54,574 nt of DNA from Deltaproteobacteria bacterium (GTDB lineage: Bacteria > Myxococcota_A > UBA9160 > SMWR01), in assembly GCA_032128375.1 (NCBI GenBank), contig JAQBGU010000037.1:1-54574 (forward strand), written 5' to 3'. The translations under genes were made by a program, and so were the position numbers. Below, in pieces: positions 44,387 to 51,981 of the stretch. Numbering within the stretch: the stretch's first letter is position 1; every line of letters starts with the position of its first letter. A model generated the notes under the pieces. That model was not told where the DNA came from, did no database searches, and was given only the letters and a program-made list of their open reading frames with translations.

Positions 44387-45595
44387 ATGACCACCCAATC
44401 AGGGCTGTTGCCCGAACGCCTCGCGCGAATCGATGAGCACCTCAAGAACCGTTATCTGGATTCTGGGAAGATCGCCGGCGCGCTGACGCTGGTGTATCGA
44501 CGCGACGAACTCGCCTACTTCTCCCCGGTCGGCCTGATGGATCTAGAGCGCGGCGTTCCGATGGCCGAGGATACGATCTTTCGCATCTATTCGATGTCGA
44601 AACCCATTACATCGGTGGCGCTGATGATGTTGTACGAGCATGGACACTTTCAACTCAACGACCCCGTACACCGTTGGATTCCCGCCTGGCGCGATCTGGG
44701 GGTGTTCGAAGCTGGCAACGATCCCAGCTTCTTGACGAAACCGTGCGATCGGCCGATGACGATTCGCGACCTGCTCAGCCACCAGTCGGGACTGACGTAC
44801 GGATTCATGGAGCGGACCAACGTCGACGCCGCGTACCGAAAGCGGGATATCGGCAGCCGGTTCGATCGGGATCTGGCCGCGACGATGCAAGAGCTGGCGT
44901 CGCTGCCGCTCGAGTTCTCGCCCGGCACGGCCTGGAATTATTCGGTGTCGACCGATGTAGTCGGTCACCTCGTCGAGTTGATCAGCGGTGAGCGTTTCGA
45001 CGAATACCTCAGGCGTCACATCTTCGAGCCGCTGGGAATGATCGACACGGGCTTCGTCGTCCCGGGCGCGAAGCTGGATCGCTTTGCCGCCTGCTACGAA
45101 CGCAATCGCAAAAAGGAGCTGCGACTTCAAGACGATCCGCACAAGAGCCCCTACTCGAAAGAGCCGAAGTTCTTCTCCGGCGGCGGTGGCCTGGTTTCGA
45201 CCGCGTCGGACTACTTGCAGTTCTGCCGGATGTTGCTCCATGGCGGAGAATTGGACGGCGCCCGTCTGCTCGGACCCAAGACGATCGAATGGATGGCGCA
45301 AAATCACATCGAAGACGGACGCGACATCAGCTCGGTCTCGGCGGGCGGATTCAGCGAGACGACTTACGACGGCATCGGTTTCGGTCTCGGGTTCTCCGTG
45401 ATGCTCGACACCTCGCGCGCACAACTCATCGGGTCGCCCGGTGAATTCGCTTGGGGGGGCGCGGCGAGCACGGCGTTTTGGATCGACCCCGTCGAGGAGT
45501 TGATCGTCATCTTCATGACCCAGTTCATGCCGTCAGCGACGTTCAACTTCCGGGGCCAGTTGAAGTCGATCATCTACCCGGCGATCGTCGACTGA
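44387..45595 (+). CDS. Serine hydrolase (beta-lactamase class C/esterase family)
   Basis: FRIYSMSK (SxxK), PGTAWNYS, SGGGGLVST, WGGAAST; AAGGAG RBS. Confidence 0.93.
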   Translation: MTTQSGLLPERLARIDEHLKNRYLDSGKIAGALTLVYRRDELAYFSPVGLMDLERGVPMAEDTIFRIYSMSKPITSVALMMLYEHGHFQLNDPVHRWIPAWRDLGVFEAGNDPSFLTKPCDRPMTIRDLLSHQSGLTYGFMERTNVDAAYRKRDIGSRFDRDLAATMQELASLPLEFSPGTAWNYSVSTDVVGHLVELISGERFDEYLRRHIFEPLGMIDTGFVVPGAKLDRFAACYERNRKKELRLQDDPHKSPYSKEPKFFSGGGGLVSTASDYLQFCRMLLHGGELDGARLLGPKTIEWMAQNHIEDGRDISSVSAGGFSETTYDGIGFGLGFSVMLDTSRAQLIGSPGEFAWGGAASTAFWIDPVEELIVIFMTQFMPSATFNFRGQLKSIIYPAIVD

Positions 45596-45628
45596 CGTTG
45601 CGGCGCTGGAACTCTTGGTTGTCCGACG

Positions 45629-46609
45629 CTAGCCCTTTGCTTCGAAGACCGTGGGCTCGCTGACGTAGGTGCGTGCGAGCACGTCGACGAGTTCGGGATC
45701 GTCTATCGGCGTATCCGATCGAGCAAATGGCACGCCGCGCGCATCGAGATCGGTGTAGAAGCGCTCGAAGACTTCGTCGATGCTGAGGTCTTCGAGGTGT
45801 TCGTCGTACAGTTTGCGTTCGCGTTCGTCTCGAAAGACTTGCGCCTTCCACGACACGCTGATCCGCAACTCGTCGTAGCCGAGTTCGGCGCGACGCTCGT
45901 CTCCATCGGCGATGACCCAATCGTCACCGCCCTGGTGTTCGAGGCGCGTATCGAGCGTCATTCCCATCAACAAGCCCTTGTCGCGCGCCCCGACCGGGCG
46001 CACCCGGTGGTACATCCGATCGTTGTCACCGACGACTGCCGTATTGAAGATTTCGCCTTCGTGGATCTTCGGGGGTTGATCCGGCCCATCGGGCCAGTAG
46101 GTAAAGCCGCCGTCGGTTCCGCGGTAGAACCAGGCAACCGCAGTCGCGATCTGCACGCGCTCGGCTTCAAACAACCGCGAGTGACCCATCGCGTTCAGGA
46201 TCCAGATCGGGTATTCGGTGCGCTCCACACCGCGGAAGGCCGGGACGTCGGTGTGTCCACCCCCTTGATCGAATGGAAGCTGCCAGGTGAGGTTCGTGTA
46301 AACGATCTGGGGGCGAACCAGTGGAGTCCCGAACATCTGGGCGGCGGCTTGCGCGAACCCGTCGTGCGCGAGAAGGGGCCCGACCCCATCGACGAGGGGG
46401 GTGTCGTACGCCCAATCGCCGCGAAAGTTCGGCGCGACGATCATCTTCTGGCCGCTGCCGGAACTCGCGCGGTACTCGGCGTCACTCGCGAAGTAGCGCT
46501 GTACCGGCCAGTAGGGGGAGTGCCGTTCGATCAGATCTCGAAAGATGCTCGGGTCGTCGAGCACGCAGTCGATGAAGATCGGCGGAAGCGAAGTCGGACT
46601 TTCGGGCAT
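45629..46609 (-). CDS. Hypothetical protein, possible 2OG/Fe(II) oxygenase (DSBH) fold
   Basis: GHTDVP (HxD), GGFTYW, DRMYHRV (distal H), RISVSWK. Confidence 0.6.
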   Translation of the reverse strand: MPESPTSLPPIFIDCVLDDPSIFRDLIERHSPYWPVQRYFASDAEYRASSGSGQKMIVAPNFRGDWAYDTPLVDGVGPLLAHDGFAQAAAQMFGTPLVRPQIVYTNLTWQLPFDQGGGHTDVPAFRGVERTEYPIWILNAMGHSRLFEAERVQIATAVAWFYRGTDGGFTYWPDGPDQPPKIHEGEIFNTAVVGDNDRMYHRVRPVGARDKGLLMGMTLDTRLEHQGGDDWVIADGDERRAELGYDELRISVSWKAQVFRDERERKLYDEHLEDLSIDEVFERFYTDLDARGVPFARSDTPIDDPELVDVLARTYVSEPTVFEAKG

Positions 46610-46719
46610 GCCAAAAGCCTACGAGCGCGGGCGCCCGAGCGCCACCCGGCCCGTGATGGCGATCGCCTTGCCAGGGCTCAGCCCAGGGCGGCGAGCCTTG
46701 GCCGGCCAGACCGAGGTGC

Positions 46720-48432
46720 TCAGTGCGCGCGTTCGATTTTTCGGTGCTTGAATGCCTTGGAAGCACCCTGACCGCCTTCTTCGCGCCTGGCGCGCTGCTC
46801 CGCATAGGCCTCCCAGGATCCGGGGCAGTACTCGATGCGTCCGTCGCCCTCGAAACCGAGGATGTGGGTCGCGACCCGATCCAAGAAATACCGGTCATGA
46901 GTGATCACGATCGCGCAACCGGGAAATGCGCCAAGCGCTTCTTCGAGAATGCGCAGGGTGGTGAGATCGAGATCGTTGGTGGGTTCGTCCAGAATGATGA
47001 AATTCGAAGAACTGCGCAGACTCTTGGCCAATTGGACCCGAGCGCGCTCGCCCCCCGAGAGCCTGCCGACGGGCGTCTGTTGGATGCTGCCCGAAAACAG
47101 AAAACGCGCGAGATAGAGGCGGACGGACAGCTCCTTGTCTCCGTACTCGATGATTTCCGAGCCGCCGGAAACCTCTTCGTACACCGTACTCTCGGGCTTG
47201 AGTTCCTGTCGATTCTGGTCCACGTAACAAAATTTCGTGTTCCTACCGACATCGACTACGCCGGCGTCAGCGCTGTCGCGACCGGTAATCAGATTGATCA
47301 GGGTCGTCTTGCCGAGGCCGTTGGCCCCGGTGATCCCGACGATTGCGCCGGGTGGCATATCCCAGTCCAGGTTTTCGAATAGCGTCTTGCCGTCGTAGGC
47401 CTTGCTGACTCCGCGGAGCGAAACGACCTTGCTACCCAGCCGGGGGCCGAAGGGAATGCGCAGGTCGATTTCCTCTGTCGGAATGATCTTCGACGCCTCT
47501 TCGACGAGCTTGTCGTAGGCCTCGATGCGCGCCTTGGATTTGGTGCGGCGAGCCTGCGGGGTCGAGCGCATCCATTCGAGCTCGCGCGCGACCGTCTTCA
47601 GCAGGTTGGCCTCGGTGCGGTCCTGTACGCCCTGCTGCTTTTCCTTGGCTTCGAGAAAGCTCGAGTAGTTGCCCACGTAGGACTTCATGAGTCCGTTGTG
47701 CACCTCGATCATGCGGTTCGCCACGCGATCGAGAAAGTAGCGATCGTGCGTGACCAGCATGTACGTACCGGAGTAGTTCGAAAGGAAATTCTCGAGCCAG
47801 GTGATGGTGTCGGCATCGAGATGGTTCGTGGGTTCGTCCAGGATCAGCAGGTCGGGTTGAGCCAGAAGTTCCTTGCATAGTGAAACGCGCCGCCGCTCGC
47901 CGCCCGAAAGATGCGCGGTCAGTTTGTCGCCCGGAGGCAAGCGCAAGGCCTGCATGGCCATCTCGATCTTCGCATCGAGTTTCGACGGGTCCATTGCATC
48001 GCGATGGTCGAGAATTTCCTGCACCTCGCCTTGTTCCTCGAGCAACGCATTCATCTTCTCCTCGTTTTCGAGGACCTCGGGGTCTTCCCAGCGAATCAGG
48101 ATCTCTTCGTAGCGCGCGATGCAGGCGCGGGTTTCGGCCACCGCGAGTTCGACGTTCTCCCGCACCGTGTTGTCGAGATCGAGCACGGGTTCCTGGGGGA
48201 CGTATCCGACAGTCGCGCCCTTGGCGGGGACGCAGACGCCCTCGAAATCCGGATCGTGGCCGGCGACGATGCGCATCAGCGACGATTTGCCCGCGCCGTT
48301 TACCCCCAGCACGCCCACGCGGTCGCCCGGCTGCAGACTGAAACTGATGTCTTTGAGAATCACGCGCTCGCCGAATTTTCGTTTGAGATGGTTCACTGTC
48401 AGGATCGGCTGACCCGGCTTCAGGCTCTTCAT
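46720..48432 (-). CDS. ettA: ABC-F ATPase, energy-dependent translational throttle EttA/ChvD
   Basis: Two ABC domains (GVNGAGKS, LSGGERRR, LDEPTNHLD; GANGLGKT, LSGGE, LDEPTNDLD); linker ELEWMRSTPQARRTKSKARI; GPRLG; no TM segments. Confidence 0.85.
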   Translation of the reverse strand: MKSLKPGQPILTVNHLKRKFGERVILKDISFSLQPGDRVGVLGVNGAGKSSLMRIVAGHDPDFEGVCVPAKGATVGYVPQEPVLDLDNTVRENVELAVAETRACIARYEEILIRWEDPEVLENEEKMNALLEEQGEVQEILDHRDAMDPSKLDAKIEMAMQALRLPPGDKLTAHLSGGERRRVSLCKELLAQPDLLILDEPTNHLDADTITWLENFLSNYSGTYMLVTHDRYFLDRVANRMIEVHNGLMKSYVGNYSSFLEAKEKQQGVQDRTEANLLKTVARELEWMRSTPQARRTKSKARIEAYDKLVEEASKIIPTEEIDLRIPFGPRLGSKVVSLRGVSKAYDGKTLFENLDWDMPPGAIVGITGANGLGKTTLINLITGRDSADAGVVDVGRNTKFCYVDQNRQELKPESTVYEEVSGGSEIIEYGDKELSVRLYLARFLFSGSIQQTPVGRLSGGERARVQLAKSLRSSSNFIILDEPTNDLDLTTLRILEEALGAFPGCAIVITHDRYFLDRVATHILGFEGDGRIEYCPGSWEAYAEQRARREEGGQGASKAFKHRKIERAH

Positions 48433-48771
48433 GCTGTTCTCCGTGAGACGCGTCTGCCCGCGTGTATCGACCGTGTTCTGCGTGCGGTTGAGTTCGCGCC
48501 AGGCGCGCGGGTACTGCGGGGTTGCGAAAGGCGCCTGGGCGATGTCCCAACGGGGCTTCGAATGGAGCCGAAGCCGGGATCCGCGATTAGATAGCATTCG
48601 CGCTGCGAAATGGCCGCAACGCGCAATGCGCGGGCCGATCTTCCGCCTGCAGCCGGCGAGCGTTATGGGCTAGTTTGCGATCCCGCTTCCCGGGATCGTC
48701 CACGTCGTCGCCCGACCCATGTTGGCTCGGGCTGCTTGGGGCGCGTTCGATTGATCACTCGCGGGTGTCCC

Positions 48772-51180
48772 TCAACCGGCTGGCGCCGGGCGTTGCTTCG
48801 ACAGCAACACCAACAGCGCGGGTGTGATCAGGATGTCGATCAGGAATGCGTCGACGATCGTGAAGCTCGTCAGCAATCCGAAATAGAAGAGATTGTCCAT
48901 GTCCGACAGCGTGAAAACGGCAAAACCGCTGGCGAGTACGACGGACGTGACCAGCAGGGCTCGACCGGTGGTTTCCAGCGTCGCTCTCACCGCTGCCCGG
49001 GTGTCGCCCAGCCTAGCGAAGTCCCGCTGGAAGCTGTGAATGAAGTGGATCGTATCGTCGACGGAGAGACCGATCGCGATACTTCCGATCATCATCGTGA
49101 ACATGTCCATCGAAACACCAAGCCAGCCCATCATCGCCAATGTGACCATGATCGGCGTCAGGTTCGGCACCATACTGACGAGTCCGCCGCGCAGGTTGCC
49201 GATCAGCAGGATCATCAACGGCGTGATGATCGCCAGCGCGAGCATGTAGCTGTTCGCCAATCCGATGATCACCTGCTTGATCGTCTGGCCCATCATGCCC
49301 ATGAATCCGGTCGTGACGACCGCAACTTCGTCTCCGAAAACGCTATGGAATTCCGCCTCCACCTTGTCGATGAACTCGGGATAACGAATGGGGTCCGCAT
49401 AGGGGACCTTCAGCGTGAAGCGGGTCAACCGGAACTGGCTGTCGACCACCTCCTCTAGATCATCGGTTCCGGTGTTTTCGAACAGCAGCAATTCCTGTGA
49501 CACCAATCGGTCGTCTTGCGGGATTGCGTAGAAGTCCGGCCGGTTCTCATTGAGCGCCTTGTGGATCTCCTTCAGGATGTCCGATATCGCGATCGTCTTG
49601 CCCACGTACAAGTCTTCGCCGAGTGTGATGGCGGCGGAACGCTCGCGAAACGTCTCCAACCTGTTCAGGAACGCCGCAGCCTTGACCGCGTCATCGGATC
49701 CCGTGTCGGCGATGAGTTCGAGTGTCATCGAACCGCGCAGTTCGCGGTCGATGATTTCCGTCGCGGTTACCAGCGGATCGCCGTCTGCCAGCCAGCTCAT
49801 GACATCGTTGCTGAAGCTCAGCCTGCGAATGCCATCGATCGACCCGACGATCAGCAGCACGGCAACGCAGACCATCCGCCACGGATGCGTAGCCGCGAAA
49901 TCACCACCCGCTACTATCGAGCGCTCCAGGACGCCGCCGCGTTCGGACTGTGCGTGCTCGGGCACGCGCCGAAGCGGAAGCACCGACACCAGTGCCGGCA
50001 GCAGCACCAGGCAGTACATCAGCGACAACAAGATTCCGAACGGCGCGAACATGCCCAGGTGAACGATTGGCATCAGCCCGGCCGAGAGAAACGACAGCAG
50101 CCCCCCTGCGGTCGTCAGGCTGGTCATCAACACCGCCAGCCCAGAGTGGCGTATCGCGTATACGACCGCGTCTTGCGCCGAATCACCCGTATCGAACTGG
50201 AGATAGAAAATTTTCAGGATATGCACCGCTGCACCGGTTCCGGCAGCGAGCAGCAGCGTCGGCAGAACCTGTGTGGGGGGTGTCAACATGGCTCCGCTGG
50301 CCGCGAAGGCACCCATCGTCGAGACCAACGAGAGCACCACCATCAGCATCGGGAGCAAGACGCCCGACAGTCGCCGGAACATCGCAAACAGCACGATTGC
50401 AACGGTTGCGAGCATCATCGCAATAAAGCGCGGCATGTCTCGCCCCATCTTGCCTGCGACGGCTTGCTGCAGCGGGGGCGCGCCGGCGAAGTAGATCGAG
50501 AAATCGTCTGCGCGGTATTTTTCGGCAATTTCGGCGATCACCGCCAAGCTCTCCGCGATCTCTGCGCCGGTCAACAACACAGGCTGTACTTCGACGCTGT
50601 CAGCGTCGAGATCGTCGAAACCGTCGAGTTCCTCCCCGCCGTCTGCGTCGCTCGAGTACAGGCTCAGCGTGATGACCAGCGATGTGAACGATGCGCTCTC
50701 GGAGATGACTGTGTTCAGGTACAAGGGCGTCGACATCACCCGTCCGCGCATCGCCTCGAGCGCCTGCTCCGTCTCGGGGAAGTTTTCGAGCAGATCTTCG
50801 ACGATCAGTTCGTCGTCGGATCCGTACGTGGCGCGGACGTTGATCAGGCTCTGCACTTCGTCGAGGTGCGGAACCTTCGACTCGAGCTCCGCGTGGAGAT
50901 CGCGGAGTTTCGCCAGAAAGCCGAGGTCGAATACTGCCGGTGGATCGATCGCGAGGATGATCAGCTCTTCGCGGCCGAACTGCTCGCGGAAGTGCATGTA
51001 CGCGATACGAGCGGGGGAGTCCTCTGGCAGGAAATTTTCGACCGCCGTATCGATACGCATCTTGGGCAGTTGAGTCCCGAAGCCCACCGCGATCGCGAGA
51101 CAGATCGCGATCGCCGCGTAGCGGTTGGCGATGACGAAACGGCCATGTCTTTCGAACAGGTCTTCGATCCGTTCGCGCAT
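48772..51180 (-). CDS. MMPL/RND superfamily transporter
   Basis: Two repeats of a periplasmic domain plus TM bundle; TSLTTAGGLLS, SIAIGLSVDDTIH, TGRALLVTS; TGATG coupling to TetR. Confidence 0.9.
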   Translation of the reverse strand: MRERIEDLFERHGRFVIANRYAAIAICLAIAVGFGTQLPKMRIDTAVENFLPEDSPARIAYMHFREQFGREELIILAIDPPAVFDLGFLAKLRDLHAELESKVPHLDEVQSLINVRATYGSDDELIVEDLLENFPETEQALEAMRGRVMSTPLYLNTVISESASFTSLVITLSLYSSDADGGEELDGFDDLDADSVEVQPVLLTGAEIAESLAVIAEIAEKYRADDFSIYFAGAPPLQQAVAGKMGRDMPRFIAMMLATVAIVLFAMFRRLSGVLLPMLMVVLSLVSTMGAFAASGAMLTPPTQVLPTLLLAAGTGAAVHILKIFYLQFDTGDSAQDAVVYAIRHSGLAVLMTSLTTAGGLLSFLSAGLMPIVHLGMFAPFGILLSLMYCLVLLPALVSVLPLRRVPEHAQSERGGVLERSIVAGGDFAATHPWRMVCVAVLLIVGSIDGIRRLSFSNDVMSWLADGDPLVTATEIIDRELRGSMTLELIADTGSDDAVKAAAFLNRLETFRERSAAITLGEDLYVGKTIAISDILKEIHKALNENRPDFYAIPQDDRLVSQELLLFENTGTDDLEEVVDSQFRLTRFTLKVPYADPIRYPEFIDKVEAEFHSVFGDEVAVVTTGFMGMMGQTIKQVIIGLANSYMLALAIITPLMILLIGNLRGGLVSMVPNLTPIMVTLAMMGWLGVSMDMFTMMIGSIAIGLSVDDTIHFIHSFQRDFARLGDTRAAVRATLETTGRALLVTSVVLASGFAVFTLSDMDNLFYFGLLTSFTIVDAFLIDILITPALLVLLSKQRPAPAG

Positions 51181-51860
51181 CAATTCTCCTGGGATGACTC
51201 TTCCAATGTTTCTCGAGAAGGCCGAGCCGAGACCCCGTGCAGCAACAGCTCGCCGACGTACGCCGCGTAGCGTTCCACCGCTTTCGGATCGAGCGGGTCG
51301 GAGTCCATGATTCTTCGCAGCGCGGGCGCGCCGAGGAAATAGAAGAAACAGCAGCCGAGCAAAGCCGGTGCCAGCAGTTGGGGATCAATCGGGCCGAACG
51401 CGCCGGACGTGATTCCATCTTCCAACACCTGACGAAGCGAGGCCAGGTTGGGCTCGCCGACGTCGCGGACAAATCGATCTGTGCGCTCGTCGTCTGGGAA
51501 GAAGACCAGCTCGGCGATCAGCCGCGGAGCAAACGGATCGGCCGCCATCGTGTGAATCACACCCGCTATGTACTCCCGAAAGCGCGCTTCGGGCGATTCG
51601 CTGTGTGTGGCAACGGCCCGCAGTCGGGCGCGAAGGCGAGAGCCCACTTCATCGATCACCGCGTCAAACAATTCCGCCTTGCTTCCGAAGTAGTAGTTGA
51701 CCAGCGGCGCTCGCACGCCGGCGCGCTCGGCGACCATCCGCAAGGTGACGCGGGCGGTTCCGCGCTCGGCCAGCAGTTCGCGCGCGGCAGTGAGAATCGC
51801 CTCTCGGCCCAATTGTTGACTACCCGAGCCAGCAGGGCGTCCCGGGCCGCGTTCAGACAT
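51180..51860 (-). CDS. TetR/AcrR family transcriptional regulator
   Basis: GRP...REAILTAARELL....TLRMVAERAGV...LVNYYFGSK. Confidence 0.93.
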   Translation of the reverse strand: MSERGPGRPAGSGSQQLGREAILTAARELLAERGTARVTLRMVAERAGVRAPLVNYYFGSKAELFDAVIDEVGSRLRARLRAVATHSESPEARFREYIAGVIHTMAADPFAPRLIAELVFFPDDERTDRFVRDVGEPNLASLRQVLEDGITSGAFGPIDPQLLAPALLGCCFFYFLGAPALRRIMDSDPLDPKAVERYAAYVGELLLHGVSARPSRETLEESSQEN

Positions 51861-51887
51861 TAATTTATTTTACATTCAATAAATTAA
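51860..51887. promoter_or_regulatory. Candidate TetR operator TTAATTTATT-N8-AATAAATTAA abutting the start codon
   Basis: Perfect 10-bp AT-rich inverted repeat in a GC-rich background. Confidence 0.7.
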
Positions 51888-51894
51888 ATCCGCC

Positions 51895-51962
51895 ATGCAC
51901 CTGCCATGCACCACCTGGAATGCACCTGCCATGGACCACCTGGAATGCACCTGTCATGCACC
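51895..51962. repeat. Higher-order tandem repeat: alternating 11-bp ATGCACCTGCC and 14-bp ATGCACCACCTGGA (25-bp period)
   Basis: A-B-A-B-A-partial pattern. Confidence 0.9.
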
Positions 51963-51981
51963 AACGGGTGGGTCCAGCCAT

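Noticed and set aside
44387..45595. Antibiotic-resistance beta-lactamase
   Set aside because: No signal peptide; motifs fit cytoplasmic family VIII esterase-like serine hydrolases.
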